Positions 17,906 through 28,866 are shown, counted from the stretch's first letter. The stretch: 64,000 nucleotides of DNA from Candidatus Krumholzibacteriia bacterium (GCA_041484665.1 JBGPIA010000001.1:288001-352000), one strand, 5' to 3'. Notes: generated from the letters alone by a model not told the origin. Numbers and translations: made by a program.

Positions 17906-18406
17906 CTAGGCCGCTCCCAGGGCCAGCGTCACCAGAGCAGCCTCGGGCCCGACCAGCTCTCCGGGCTTCACGTGGATCGACGCGACCGTCCCCGCCGCCG
18001 AGGCGGCCACGTCGACCTCCATCTTCATGGCCTCCATACGCACGACCGGCCGGCCGGCGCTCACCGGCTCATGGAGCTGCACGAGCACCGCCAGGATCTT
18101 GCCCGGCATGGGCGCCCGCACCACGGGACTGCCCGCCGCCGCCTCCTGGTCCTGCTCCTCCTGCTCGTCGACCAGGTGGAAGCGCGCGCCATGACCCTCC
18201 ACCTGGACGTGGAGATCGTGCCCGTCGAACGCGTACCGCGCGCGGCTGAGCCGGCCGTCGACGCGCAGCAAGAGCGTCGAGGCGTCCCGCGCGAGCAGCT
18301 CGACGCGCAGCGGCGACGCGCCGCTGCGCTCCAGCACCAGCCAGGACCCTTCGGTGCGCACCTCCAGCACGTGGCGGAGGTCGCCCTGCTGCAGCAGCAT
18401 CCGCAT
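17906..18406 (-). CDS. Biotin carboxyl carrier subunit (BT-like domain plus BCCP)
   Basis: RAPMPGKI and EAMKME biotinylation motif; TGATG coupling to the upstream biotin carboxylase. Confidence 0.88.
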   Translation of the reverse strand: MRMLLQQGDLRHVLEVRTEGSWLVLERSGASPLRVELLARDASTLLLRVDGRLSRARYAFDGHDLHVQVEGHGARFHLVDEQEEQDQEAAAGSPVVRAPMPGKILAVLVQLHEPVSAGRPVVRMEAMKMEVDVAASAAGTVASIHVKPGELVGPEAALVTLALGAA

Positions 18407-20121
18407 CAATGCGTCTCGCCCTCGCCCAGACGCAGCGGCCCGAGCGACGACCACGCGATCCCCGCCCTGTGGCCAGCATCCGCGGCAGCGTGCCCGGAGC
18501 CTGCGGAGCCGCCCGCACCACCCCCCGGCGCGAACGTGGAGCGCAGGAGCACGGCAGCGGTGGCCAGCAGCGCAACCGCGGGCAACGGCTCGCCCAGGGA
18601 GGCGGTGGCCGGAGCATCCCCAGCGCGCCCGCCGGGCAGGTGCTCGTCGAGAAAACCCGTATGCGTGCGGCCGCCGGCGAACGCGGGGTGCTCCAAGATC
18701 GCGATCAGGTACTGCAGGTTGCTGCGCGGACCGAGCAGCACGGTCTCGCGCAGCGCCGCAACCAGCCGCCGGCGCGCCGCGTCGCGGTCGTGCGCCCAGG
18801 CGCTGACCTTGGCAATCAGCGGGTCGTAGTGCAGCGTGACCTCCGCGCCGCTCACGATCCCCGTGTCGACGCGCACCCCCGGCCCCACCGGTGGCTCGAA
18901 GAGAAGCACCCTCCCCGTCTGCGGCAGGAAGCCCGCAGCTGGATCCTCGGCGTAGAGACGCGCCTCGATGGCATGCCCGCGCGCCGCCGGTGCGGCGCCC
19001 GCGGGGCGCTGGACGCCGCTGCGCGCCCGCTCGGGTGCCTCGGCCCCCGCCGGTGGCGTCAAGACCCAGCTCAGCGGCTCCCCCTGGGCGATGCGGATCT
19101 GCTCGGCCACCATGTCCACGCCGGTCACCCACTCGGTGACGGGGTGCTCCACCTGCAGGCGGGTGTTCATCTCCAGGAAATAGAACTCGCCCGAGGCGTC
19201 CAGCAGCAGCTCGACGGTGCCAGCGTTGACGTAGCCCACGGCCGCCGCCGCCCGCACGGCCGTGTCGCGGATGCTGGCGCTCAATGCGGGCGCCAGTCCC
19301 GCAGCCGGTGACTCCTCGATGATCTTCTGGTGGCGTCTCTGGATCGAGCACTCGCGCTCACCCAGGTGCGCGACGTTGCCGTGCAGGTCGCCGAATACCT
19401 GGACTTCGATGTGGCGCGGGTTGTGCAGCAGCCGCTCCAGGTAGACCGTCGGATCGCCGAAGGCGGACGCCGCCTCCCGGCGCGCCGCGCCGATGGCGGC
19501 CGGTAACTGCGCCTCATCGTCCACACGGCGCATGCCCTTGCCTCCGCCGCCCGCGGCGGCCTTGACCAGCAGGGGATAGCCGACCGCGCGGGCGGCGTGG
19601 CGCCAGGCGGCCTCGTCGTCGCCGTCGGGCAGCAGCCCGCCGGGCACCACCGGCACGCCCGCCTGGCGCATCCGCTCGCGCGCGGCGATCTTGCTGCCCA
19701 TGGCCTCGATGACCTCAGCCGGTGGGCCGATGAAGATCAACCCGGCGTCGCGCACGGCGCGGGCGAAGGTGGCGTTCTCGGCGAGGAATCCGTAGCCGGG
19801 ATGGATGGCGTCGCAGCCGGTGGCCCGCGCGGCGTCGAGGATGCGGTCGATGCACAGGTAGCTCTCCCGGGGCGGCGGCGGGCCGATCTCCACGACCGAG
19901 TCGGCGAGCTGCGCGTGCAGGGCGATGCGGTCGGCCTCGCTGGCCACGGCCACGGACCCGATCCCCAGCTCGCGGCACGCGCGCACGATCCGCACGGCAA
20001 TCTCGCCGCGGTTGGCGATCAGAATGCGGCGCAGCGGGCGCACCGTCGCCGCGCTGGCGCAGTGAGCGTGCGAAGCGGGGCGGCGGCCGGCGGCGCGGGC
20101 ACTGCGGGCGGGCTTGCTCAC
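18406..20121 (-). CDS. Biotin carboxylase subunit of an acyl-CoA (methylcrotonyl/geranyl-CoA-type) carboxylase
   Basis: ILIANRGEIA, HPGYGFLAENA, GGGGKGMR, ERECSIQRRHQK, EMNTRLQVEHPVTE. GTGA overlap at 20118-20121. Confidence 0.92.
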   Translation of the reverse strand: MSKPARSARAAGRRPASHAHCASAATVRPLRRILIANRGEIAVRIVRACRELGIGSVAVASEADRIALHAQLADSVVEIGPPPPRESYLCIDRILDAARATGCDAIHPGYGFLAENATFARAVRDAGLIFIGPPAEVIEAMGSKIAARERMRQAGVPVVPGGLLPDGDDEAAWRHAARAVGYPLLVKAAAGGGGKGMRRVDDEAQLPAAIGAARREAASAFGDPTVYLERLLHNPRHIEVQVFGDLHGNVAHLGERECSIQRRHQKIIEESPAAGLAPALSASIRDTAVRAAAAVGYVNAGTVELLLDASGEFYFLEMNTRLQVEHPVTEWVTGVDMVAEQIRIAQGEPLSWVLTPPAGAEAPERARSGVQRPAGAAPAARGHAIEARLYAEDPAAGFLPQTGRVLLFEPPVGPGVRVDTGIVSGAEVTLHYDPLIAKVSAWAHDRDAARRRLVAALRETVLLGPRSNLQYLIAILEHPAFAGGRTHTGFLDEHLPGGRAGDAPATASLGEPLPAVALLATAAVLLRSTFAPGGGAGGSAGSGHAAADAGHRAGIAWSSLGPLRLGEGETH

Positions 20122-20918
20122 GTCGGCGCGTCCTTGGGGGGATGTGCCCAGCGCGGCGGGCGCTTCTCGAAGAACGCGGCAAACCCCTCCCTGGCCTCTT
20201 CCGTTGCGCGCTGCGCGGCGATGAACGGCGGCGTGCGCTGCGCGGCTTCGCCCAGCGACAGCGGCCCGATCTCGTCCAGCAGTCGCTTGATGGCCGCCTG
20301 CGCGCCGGGGCCCCCCTGGCCCAGCGACGCCACGACTCGCGCGACGGCGGCATCGAGCTCGGCCGCCGGCACGACGATGTCGACGAGCCCCAACGCGAGG
20401 GCGCGGTGGGCGTCGAAGCGATCGCCGGTGAGGAACAACGGCCGCGCCGCGCCCGGGCCGATGCGGCGCACGACGAAGGGCGAGATCACGGCCGGCAGGA
20501 TCCCCAGGCGTACCTCGCTCAAGCCCAGCTTCGTGTCCTCCGCGGCGACGACGATGTCGCACGCGGCCAGCAGGCCGACCCCTCCGCCCAGGGCGACACC
20601 GTGCACCCTGGCCACGACCGGCCGGGGGCACTCCGCCAGCGCCAGGAACAGCTCGCCCAGTGTCCTGGCATCGGCGAGGTTCGCATCGCGATCGTAGGTG
20701 GAGAGGCGCTGCATGTAGCCGATGTCGGCACCGGCGCAGAAGCTCTTGCCCTCGCCGGAGAGCACGACGACGCGCACCGCGGGCTCGCCGGATAACGCGC
20801 GGATCGCCGCGGTCAGCGCGGCGATCAGCTCCTCATCGAGGGCGTTGTGCACGTCGGGGCGGTGGAGGCGAAGCTCGAGGAGCTCGTCGCGGCGCTGGAC
20901 TCGCAGGACCTCCGCCAT
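20118..20918 (-). CDS. Enoyl-CoA hydratase, methylglutaconyl-CoA hydratase (LiuC)-like
   Basis: FCAGADI, GGGVGLLAACD, SEVRLGILPAVISPFV, EAREGFAAFFEKRPPRW. Confidence 0.88.
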   Translation of the reverse strand: MAEVLRVQRRDELLELRLHRPDVHNALDEELIAALTAAIRALSGEPAVRVVVLSGEGKSFCAGADIGYMQRLSTYDRDANLADARTLGELFLALAECPRPVVARVHGVALGGGVGLLAACDIVVAAEDTKLGLSEVRLGILPAVISPFVVRRIGPGAARPLFLTGDRFDAHRALALGLVDIVVPAAELDAAVARVVASLGQGGPGAQAAIKRLLDEIGPLSLGEAAQRTPPFIAAQRATEEAREGFAAFFEKRPPRWAHPPKDAPT

Positions 20919-22750
20919 CAGTACCTGCCTCCGCCCGCCACTTCGTCGGTGGAGTCCGCCAGCTTCAGCCAGGCCTCGTCCACCTCCACCTCCATCGCCA
21001 AGAGCGCGTGGCTGAGCGTCTTGCCCTGTGGATCGATGCGCAAGGAGAGCGTCCCGCCGCCGCCCAGGCACCCGTGGAGCAGGAAGTTCAGCGCCGAGAG
21101 GTTGTGGACCTCGAAGCGCTCGACCTTGCCCTGGACGAGGCCCGTGAAACGGGCCTTCACCACGTCGGCGGTGAGCGCGTCACGCAGCCACAGGTAGAGC
21201 AGCGGGTGGCGCGCGATCACGCCGATGTTGCAGGTGTCACCTTTGTCGCCCGAGCGGCCATAGGCAAGGCGGCTCAACGGCACCGCAACGGTGTGCCCCG
21301 TGGGGCGCGGCGGGTGCTGCCCCGGTTGCATCAGCTCGTGCACGGACGGCCCCTCGACCGTCCCGCTGCCGGTCGGTCCTTCGAAGGCGACCAGCGCCTC
21401 CTCACGCCGCTCGCCGCACAGCACGACGACCGCTGCCTGGCAGCGCTCGCGCGGGATCAGCGCCGGCCAGTAGGCCACGACGTCCTGGATCTCGGGCCGC
21501 CCGCCCGTGACCGCCACTCCAGGCGGACCGGAGAGGATCAGCGCCGGCAGCGTCTTGCTGAACGCGCGTAGCTTCTCGCGGTCGTGGTCGCGTGCGCCGA
21601 AGCGCAGGTAGATCTCGTTGGCCTCCCGGCCCGGCGAGAGCGGGCCCCACGTGGCGTCGGCGCCCACGTACTCGGTCAGCTGCTCCTCGTAGTGGGGCAG
21701 GCGCTTCCAGAGGATCTCGGCGAACACCTCGCTCTTGGCGCGTGCCTGCGGTCCGCAGACGATCACGGCGCCGCTGGCCTTGTAGCCGTCGGCGTAGCTC
21801 ATGGACACCTTCAGGAAACGGGTCGGCGGCGCGCCGCGGATCCCCCAGACCCGCACGCGGTCGCGGCCGAGCGATTCCAAGCGCACGCTGCTGAAGTCGG
21901 CCACCACGTCGGGCGTGATGTAGGCACGGGGATCGCCCATCTCGTAGACGAGCTGCTCCTTGATCGTCTGCGCCGAGACCAGGCCACCCGAGCCCTTGTG
22001 TTTCGTGATGACGAACGAGCCGTCGGGGGAGACCTCCGCAATCGGATAGCCGATGTTGTGGAACGCGGGCACACGCTCCCAGTCGGTGAGGTTGCCGCCG
22101 GTGCTCTGCGCGCCGCACTCCAGGATGTGGCCGGCGATGATGCCCGCGGCTAGCTGGTCGTAGTCGGTGGGTTTCCAACCGAAGCGGTGGATCATGGGCG
22201 CGAGCGTGATGCCCGTGTCGGTCACGCGCCCGGTCACCACGAAACGCGCCCCCAACTGCAGCGCTTCCACCACCGGCGCGGCGCCGAAGTAGGCGTTGGC
22301 CGACGTCACCCGCCCGGCGATCGCGGCGAACGGCCGCCCGTCGTCCATGTTGTCCAGGCGAACGCCCTCCTTCGTCCACGCCTCGATGCGCCCCAGGATG
22401 TCATCGCCGGCCACTAGGCCAACCGACGCCTCCAGCTTGAGTTCCACGGCGAGCCGCACCAGTGCCTGCGCGCAGCCGTCGGGGTTGACGCCCCCGGCAT
22501 TGGTGATGATCGTGACGCCGCGAGCGACCGCCTCTCGCATCACCTCGCGCATCTGGTCGACGAAGTCGCGGGCGTACCCAGCCTGCGGATCGCGGGCGCG
22601 CTGTTTCTGCAGGATCGACATGGTGATCTCGGCCAGGAAGTCGAGGGTCACGACGTCGATGGGGCCGCCCTCGATCTGGCGGCGCAGCGCGGTCAGATCG
22701 TCGCCCCAGTAGCCGCCGGCGTTGCCGATGCGCAGGACGTCCCCCGCCAT
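20918..22750 (-). CDS. AtuA family (DUF1446) acyclic terpene utilization protein
   Basis: RIGNAGGYWGD, DFLAEITMSIL, AGHILECGAQSTGG, EQLVYEMGDP, RSGDKGD, DPQGK. Confidence 0.9.
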   Translation of the reverse strand: MAGDVLRIGNAGGYWGDDLTALRRQIEGGPIDVVTLDFLAEITMSILQKQRARDPQAGYARDFVDQMREVMREAVARGVTIITNAGGVNPDGCAQALVRLAVELKLEASVGLVAGDDILGRIEAWTKEGVRLDNMDDGRPFAAIAGRVTSANAYFGAAPVVEALQLGARFVVTGRVTDTGITLAPMIHRFGWKPTDYDQLAAGIIAGHILECGAQSTGGNLTDWERVPAFHNIGYPIAEVSPDGSFVITKHKGSGGLVSAQTIKEQLVYEMGDPRAYITPDVVADFSSVRLESLGRDRVRVWGIRGAPPTRFLKVSMSYADGYKASGAVIVCGPQARAKSEVFAEILWKRLPHYEEQLTEYVGADATWGPLSPGREANEIYLRFGARDHDREKLRAFSKTLPALILSGPPGVAVTGGRPEIQDVVAYWPALIPRERCQAAVVVLCGERREEALVAFEGPTGSGTVEGPSVHELMQPGQHPPRPTGHTVAVPLSRLAYGRSGDKGDTCNIGVIARHPLLYLWLRDALTADVVKARFTGLVQGKVERFEVHNLSALNFLLHGCLGGGGTLSLRIDPQGKTLSHALLAMEVEVDEAWLKLADSTDEVAGGGRY

Positions 22751-22858
22751 GAGCCCTTCCCTTCTGTGATCCCGGCTTCACGCCGGGCCCGTCCTTCGTC
22801 GGCGCACCCGGAGCGCCCCGAGCGCCGGCTGCTCGGCAAGCCGGCGATCGCGCCGCCG

Positions 22859-24208
22859 TCAGCCTTCCAGGTGCCCCGGAATCAGCGGCCGGGTAAGGTC
22901 CTCGCGGCCCGTCGGGGTGACGAGCACGTCGTCCTCCACACGGATGCCGCCCATGGGGAGAAGCGCGTCGATGAGCCGCCAGTCGAGGTCGCGGGCGTCG
23001 GGACCGTCGCGCAAGGGCGCGAGCAGCATCGGGATGAAGTAGAGACCGGGCTCGATGGTCACGACGTGCCCCGGCGCGAGCGCCCGTGTGGTCCTCAGGT
23101 AGGGATACTCGGCGGGAGGCGGCAGCGTGCCACCCGCGCGCGTGGCCTGGCGCCCGCCGATGTCGTGGACCTGCAGCCCCAGATGATGTCCCAGGCCGTG
23201 CGGGAGGAACGGGCGCGTGTGGCCCTTGGCAAGCGCCGTGTCCGCATCCACCTTCACGATCCCCAGCTCGCTGAGGATGCGGGCGGTACCACGGTGCGCC
23301 TGGACGTGCAGCTCGAGGTACGGCTTGCCGGCCGCCACGGCCGCCACCAGCTCGCGCTGCATCGCCTCGACGCGATCCAGCGCCGCACGGAAGACCGGAT
23401 GCACGCCGTTGCGAGCGTAGGTGCGCGTGACGTCGCTGGCGTAGCCGAAGCACATCGCGCCGGCGTCGATCAGGAACGCCGCGCCCGGCCGCGGTGGCGT
23501 CGTGCGCTTGCTCTGGTAGTGGAGGATGGCCGAGCGGTCGTCCCAGGCGATGATATTGCCGTAGGGGCTCTCCAGCTCGGTCATCCCGGCAGCCTCCAGA
23601 TACGCGGCGTGCAGCGCCCGCTCGCTTTCCCCCTGCGCCATCAGGCGGCGCACCGCAGCGTGTCCGCGAGCGGCGATGCGCGCCGCCTCGCGGATGCACT
23701 CCACCTCGTACGGCGTCTTCTGCCCGCGGCTCCAGTCCAGTGCCGCCACCAGCACCGCCGGCTGCACGGCGCCGGCGCCGATCCCCAGGCGCGCGGCCAG
23801 CGTGGGCGAGCTGCCAACGTACCCACAGTCGGCGACGTCGCCCGCGGCCTCGCACGCCTGCTCGGCGGACTCCACCGGGACGACGTCCATGCACGCTGCG
23901 TAGGGATGGTCCACATCGGCGGGGGGCTCGTACCAGTAGTCGCGCGGAACCACGCGGTAGAGCGTGAAGCGGTGCCCGGGACGCATCACGACCAGATGGT
24001 CGGGCCCCGGCACCGGCGCCAAGCGCGCGAAATGCGGGACGGTGTGGAAGGAGACGTCCTGATCGTCGGCGTGGTAGGCCACGGCGGATCCGGCATGGAA
24101 GACGATTCCGCCGAAGGGGGCTTTGTGCTGGGCGCTCAGCTCGAGCGCGCCCGCACACTCGCCGAGCAGGTGCTCGAGGTGATCGGCGAACAGGGTCTTG
24201 GAGATCAT
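22859..24208 (-). CDS. pepQ: Xaa-Pro dipeptidase (prolidase, M24B)
   Basis: PYGNII, ILHY, LIDAGA..GYASDVTRT, PHGLGHHLGLQVHD, TIEPGLYFI, GGIRVEDD. Confidence 0.9.
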   Translation of the reverse strand: MISKTLFADHLEHLLGECAGALELSAQHKAPFGGIVFHAGSAVAYHADDQDVSFHTVPHFARLAPVPGPDHLVVMRPGHRFTLYRVVPRDYWYEPPADVDHPYAACMDVVPVESAEQACEAAGDVADCGYVGSSPTLAARLGIGAGAVQPAVLVAALDWSRGQKTPYEVECIREAARIAARGHAAVRRLMAQGESERALHAAYLEAAGMTELESPYGNIIAWDDRSAILHYQSKRTTPPRPGAAFLIDAGAMCFGYASDVTRTYARNGVHPVFRAALDRVEAMQRELVAAVAAGKPYLELHVQAHRGTARILSELGIVKVDADTALAKGHTRPFLPHGLGHHLGLQVHDIGGRQATRAGGTLPPPAEYPYLRTTRALAPGHVVTIEPGLYFIPMLLAPLRDGPDARDLDWRLIDALLPMGGIRVEDDVLVTPTGREDLTRPLIPGHLEG

Positions 24209-24428
24209 CGGCTTGGACCTTCCGCTGTGGGGCCGATCGGGGGGCGCTGCTGGGCTGTCCCCAGCGGCGAGCGCTCAGTGTAGCCCGCCGCGCGCAGCCG
24301 CCTCAAGGCCGCTCGCGGGCGCGTGCCCCCTGCCCCCTCGTTTGCAGCGAGGCGCGGCGGCGGGCCAGGGGCGCCGGCGTGACCGCGCACGGCGTCGCAG
24401 GGCGGGCGGGGCGGGCCGCGCCGCGCGG

Positions 24429-25436
24429 TCACGCCGTGCGGCTCGCGCGCGAGCGCTGCTCGATGGAGCGCGCGAGGCTGCGGGCGATCTGCGAGAGCGG
24501 TACCACGGTGCAGGGGACCCCCATCTGGATCACCGTGCTGGGCATCGTCGGCGCGACGGCGGTCTCGGGATCCTGCACGATCACGACGCCGCCGGCGCCG
24601 GACACCTGCTCGGCCCCCAGCGCCCCATCGCGGCCCATGCCGGTGAGCACGACCGCCACCGCGCTGGACCCGAACGCCTTCGCCGCGCTGCGCAGCAGCA
24701 GGTCCCCTGAAGGACGCACGTAGTTCTCGGGCGGGGAGTCCACGAGGCGCAGCGTCAGCGTGCGCGGCTCGATCGTCAGGTGGTGTCCCCCCGGCGCGAT
24801 GTACAGCTCGCCGGCCACCGCGTTCAAGCCGTCCTGCGCGATGCGTACACGCATGGGGGTGTCGCGCTCCAGGGCGCGAGCGAACGTAGCCACCATCCAG
24901 TTGGGGCCATGGAGCACGACGAAGAAGGCGGCCGGGGAGTCGACGGTGAGCCCGCGCAGGATCTCGCTGATGGCGGTGGGCCCGCCGGTGCTGGCGACCA
25001 GGAAAACCCCCACGAACGGAGCGGGCGCCGCGGGCGGGGTGATCCGCGCGCCGGTGCTCGCCGGCGCCGGCTGCTCCCGGCGCGCCGACAGGGTATGGAG
25101 CCGCTCGACGCATTCCTGCGGGTCATAGGGCTTGGCTAGGTAGTCGTCGGCGCCCGCCTCCAGGGCGCGCGCCCGGGCCGTGGGAGAATCCAGCGCTGTG
25201 ATCATCATCAGGATGGGCGGCGGGTCGAATGCGGCGCGCACGCGGCGGATGAGCTCGATCCCGTCCATCGACGGCATCATCCAGTCGGTGAGCACGGCGT
25301 CGAAGCGCTCACGCGCAAGCGCGTCAAGGGCCTGCTGGCCGTCCGTAGCCCTCCGGACGTGGTGACCCTTGCGGGTGAGGATGCGTTCGAGCAGGAGCGC
25401 GCTGGCCGGATCGTCCTCGGCGACGAGGATGTTCAC
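24429..25436 (-). CDS. Receiver domain plus CheB-type methylesterase domain protein (orphan)
   Basis: REC motifs AEDD, TDWMMP, YLAKP; CheB triad motifs ASTGG, VLHG, LTGMGRDG; VQDPET..APTMP. Confidence 0.85.
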   Translation of the reverse strand: MNILVAEDDPASALLLERILTRKGHHVRRATDGQQALDALARERFDAVLTDWMMPSMDGIELIRRVRAAFDPPPILMMITALDSPTARARALEAGADDYLAKPYDPQECVERLHTLSARREQPAPASTGARITPPAAPAPFVGVFLVASTGGPTAISEILRGLTVDSPAAFFVVLHGPNWMVATFARALERDTPMRVRIAQDGLNAVAGELYIAPGGHHLTIEPRTLTLRLVDSPPENYVRPSGDLLLRSAAKAFGSSAVAVVLTGMGRDGALGAEQVSGAGGVVIVQDPETAVAPTMPSTVIQMGVPCTVVPLSQIARSLARSIEQRSRASRTA

Positions 25437-25808
25437 GGTCTCCCCCTGGTTGGCGAAGCCTCAGGTGTCCGGCAGTGTGGCCGCTGCGGGCGAGCCGGCA
25501 GGGGCGGCGTGCCGCGCGAGCGATCATGTCAGACTGGGGGCCTCCCGATTCGGCCGCCAGGGGACCGACGACCCCTACAGTAACCGCCAGTATCGGGCCA
25601 GCCTGCGACGCGGCGCAACGGCGTTCTGCGCCCTCCCATCGACACGCCGCCGCCGCCGTGGCAACGTCAGCCAGGTCGGGCGGCTCGGCGGATCTCCGTC
25701 GCACGCCCCATTGGGAGCGCCCCTCCACTCGCGCGCACGCGGCTGGCCGAGCGCCGATCAGCATCACGCTCCAAGGCGACGGCTGAGCCCGCTCGCCGAA
25801 AGGCCGCA

Positions 25809-27029
25809 ATGAAGGTCCGCTCGGTCACCTGTTTCATGGACGCCGACCCGGCCCGGCCCGGCGAGGCGGCCGCGCGGGCCGGGGTATCGCTGGCAGCAGC
25901 CCGCTCGGCACTCACCCGCGAGGGCTGGGAGGTCCAGACGACCCGGCTGGCGCTGCCCCCCTGTCCAACATTGCCCGGGATCGAGCCCGCCGGGCTGGCG
26001 CCGCTCGCGCGCCGGCTCGAGGAGGAGGCCGCTGCCCACAACATCGACTTCGTGACGCTGGGTCCGGTGCGCCTGGCCGATCCGCAAGCCTGGAGCGAGG
26101 CCATCCCCGACGTGCTGGCCGGGACCCGGTCGGTGTTCGCCGCCGCCGAGATCGCCACCGCGGCGGGCGGGCTGTCGCTGGGCGCTGTGCGGCGTGCCGC
26201 CCGGGTGATTCACCGCTGCGCACCGTTGGGTGGCGACGGCTTCGCCAATCTGCGCTTCGCCGCGCTGGCCAACGTCACGGCCGGCGTTCCGTTCCTGCCG
26301 GCTGCCTACCACGGCGGCGGACCGCCCTGCTTCGCGCTGGCGACGGAGGCCGCCGACCTGGCCGTGACGGCGTTTCTGGGCGCGGACTCGCTGGCTGCGG
26401 CGCGGGCCCGCTTGCTGCAACTGCTGGAGTCCCGCGCGCGCGACCTGCAGCGCATCTGCACCGCGGTAGCGCGCGACTGCGCCATTGCTTTCAGCGGGAT
26501 CGACCTGTCCCTGGCGCCCTACCCCGAGCAGGCGCGCTCGATCGGCGCCGCCCTGGAGAGTCTGGGCCTGCCGGCGCTGGGGCTGCACGGCAGCGCGGCC
26601 GCCGCGGCGTTTTTGACCGACACGCTGGACCGCGCGCGCTTCCAGCGCGTGGGCTTCTCGGGGCTCTTCCTGCCCGTCCTGGAGGATGACGTACTGGCAC
26701 GCCGCGCCGGCGAGGGGACGCTGACACTCTCGGAGCTGCTCTTGTACTCGGCGGTGTGCGGCACGGGCCTGGACACCGTCCCTTTGCCCGGCGATCTTCA
26801 CGCTGAGCAGATCGCCGCGGTGCTGCTCGATGTCGGCGCGCTCGCGCTGCGCCTGGGCAAGCCGCTGACGGCGCGCCTGATGCCGTTGCCCGGCAAGCGC
26901 GCGGGCGATCCCATCCGCTTCGACTTTCCCTACTTCGCGCCGGGACGCGTGCTGGACTGCAAGGCGCTCCCGCTGACAGGTCTGCTCGCGGGATCGGAAG
27001 CGGTGCCACTGGGCCGCTACGCCCGGTAG
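25809..27029 (+). CDS. DUF711 (UPF0210) family protein
   Basis: MKVRSVT, EVQTTR, PFLPAAYH, GIDLSLAP, GFSGLFLPVLED, YSAVCGTGLDTVPLPG, KPLTARLMP. Confidence 0.82.
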   Translation: MKVRSVTCFMDADPARPGEAAARAGVSLAAARSALTREGWEVQTTRLALPPCPTLPGIEPAGLAPLARRLEEEAAAHNIDFVTLGPVRLADPQAWSEAIPDVLAGTRSVFAAAEIATAAGGLSLGAVRRAARVIHRCAPLGGDGFANLRFAALANVTAGVPFLPAAYHGGGPPCFALATEAADLAVTAFLGADSLAAARARLLQLLESRARDLQRICTAVARDCAIAFSGIDLSLAPYPEQARSIGAALESLGLPALGLHGSAAAAAFLTDTLDRARFQRVGFSGLFLPVLEDDVLARRAGEGTLTLSELLLYSAVCGTGLDTVPLPGDLHAEQIAAVLLDVGALALRLGKPLTARLMPLPGKRAGDPIRFDFPYFAPGRVLDCKALPLTGLLAGSEAVPLGRYAR

Positions 27030-27079
27030 CGGCCGTACCGCCTGCGGTCGACGCACAGCTCCACGCGGCAGACGCCCGA

Positions 27080-28687
27080 CTACATACGATAGATGCCGTA
27101 CTCGCTGCGCGGAATGGGCGCGTTCAGCGACATCTCCAGCCCGAGGGCCAGCGCATCGCGGGTCTGCAGCGGGTCGAGCACGCCGTCGTCCCACAGCCGC
27201 GCCGAGGAATAGTATGGGCTGCCTTCCTGCTCGTACTTTTCGAGGATCGGCCGCTTGAACTCCGCCTCCTCCGACGCCGACAGCGCCTTGCCCTCGCGGG
27301 CGAGCTGCTCCTGCTTCACCGTCGCCAGCACGTTGGCCGCCTGCTCGCCGCCCATGACGCTGATGCGCGCGCCAGGCCACATGAGCAAGAGCCGCGGCTG
27401 ATAGGCCCGCCCACACATGCCGTAATTGCCCGCGCCGTGGCTGCCGCCAACGATCAGGGTGAACTTGGGCACCGCCACGTTGGCCACGGCGTTGACCATC
27501 TTGGCGCCGTCCTTGGCGATACCGCCCTGCTCGTACTGCTTGCCCACGATGAAGCCCGTAATGTTCTGCAGGAAGAGCAGCGGAATCCCCCGCGAGCCGC
27601 ACAGCTCGATGAAGTGGGTGGCCTTCAGCGCGCTCTCGCTGAACAGCACGCCGTTGTTGGCGACGATCCCCAGCTGGTAGCCGTACAGGTGTGCGAAGCC
27701 ACAGACCAGCGTGGTCCCGTAGCGCTCCTTGAACTCATGCAGACGCGAGCCGTCCACCAGCCGGGCGATCACCTCGCGCATGTCGAAGCCGCGCCGCGTG
27801 TCCTCGGGCAGGATGCCGTAGAGCTCGTGCGGGTCGTAGTAGGGCGGCTCGGGCGCGGCGGCGGGCGCCACGGCCTTGGTCTGAGGCGGCAGGTTCTCCA
27901 CGATGTTGCGCACCAGCTGCAGCGCCTGCTCGTCGTCTTTGGCCAGGTGGTCGGCCACTCCGCTCACGCGCGTGTGCACGTCGCCGCCGCCGAGCTCCTC
28001 GGCGGTGACTTCCTCGCCGGTGGCCGCCTTCACCAGCGGCGGCCCACCGAGGAAGATCGTCCCCTGCTCCTTGACGATCACGACCTCGTCACTCATGGCC
28101 GGGACGTAGGCGCCCCCCGCCGTGCAGCTGCCCAGCACCGCGCTGATCTGGGGGATGCGGGTCGCGCTCATGCGCGCCTGGTTGTAGAAGATGCGGCCGA
28201 AATGGTCGCGGTCGGGGAAGACTTCGGCCTGCAGCGGCAGGAACGCCCCACCGCTGTCCACCAGGTAGACGCATGGCAGGCGGTTTTCCAGAGCGATCTC
28301 CTGCGCGCGCAGGTGTTTCTTGACGGTCAGCGGGTGGTACGTTCCGCCTTTGACCGTGGCGTCGTTCGCGATGACCATCACCTGGCGGCCGTGGACGCTG
28401 CCGATGCCGGTGACGATCCCAGCGGCCGGCAGGGGGCCGTCGTAGACGCCGTGGGCCGCCAGCGGCGAGAGCTCCAGGAAGGGGCTGCCCGGATCGAGCA
28501 GGCGCTCGATGCGGTCGCGCGGGAGGAGTTTACCGCGCTCGGTGTGAAGCTTGCGCGCCTTCTCGCCCCCGCCCTGACGGATCTCCGCCAGCCGCGCGTG
28601 CAGCTGCGCCACGCGCTGGCGGTTCACCTCGGCGTTGCGCTGGAACTCCGCGGACTTGGGATCGATCGACGTTGGGAGCCTGCGCAC
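27080..28687 (-). CDS. Methylcrotonyl-CoA carboxylase beta (carboxyltransferase) subunit
   Basis: [61 protein letters not shown]. Confidence 0.93.
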   Translation of the reverse strand: MRRLPTSIDPKSAEFQRNAEVNRQRVAQLHARLAEIRQGGGEKARKLHTERGKLLPRDRIERLLDPGSPFLELSPLAAHGVYDGPLPAAGIVTGIGSVHGRQVMVIANDATVKGGTYHPLTVKKHLRAQEIALENRLPCVYLVDSGGAFLPLQAEVFPDRDHFGRIFYNQARMSATRIPQISAVLGSCTAGGAYVPAMSDEVVIVKEQGTIFLGGPPLVKAATGEEVTAEELGGGDVHTRVSGVADHLAKDDEQALQLVRNIVENLPPQTKAVAPAAAPEPPYYDPHELYGILPEDTRRGFDMREVIARLVDGSRLHEFKERYGTTLVCGFAHLYGYQLGIVANNGVLFSESALKATHFIELCGSRGIPLLFLQNITGFIVGKQYEQGGIAKDGAKMVNAVANVAVPKFTLIVGGSHGAGNYGMCGRAYQPRLLLMWPGARISVMGGEQAANVLATVKQEQLAREGKALSASEEAEFKRPILEKYEQEGSPYYSSARLWDDGVLDPLQTRDALALGLEMSLNAPIPRSEYGIYRM

Positions 28688-28866
28688 CGCGAACCTCCCC
28701 TCCCTGCAATGCGTACTTGCTCACGAGGACGGGCCGAAGCGTAGCATGCGCTCGCATCCCCCTCAACGGAGGCGCCGGGCGCGGGCTCTGGGGCGGGGCA
28801 CGGCCAGCAGCCCACCTGAACCGGCGCTGCGCGCGGCCGGCGGGAATTGGCGCTGCGCGCGGGCGC

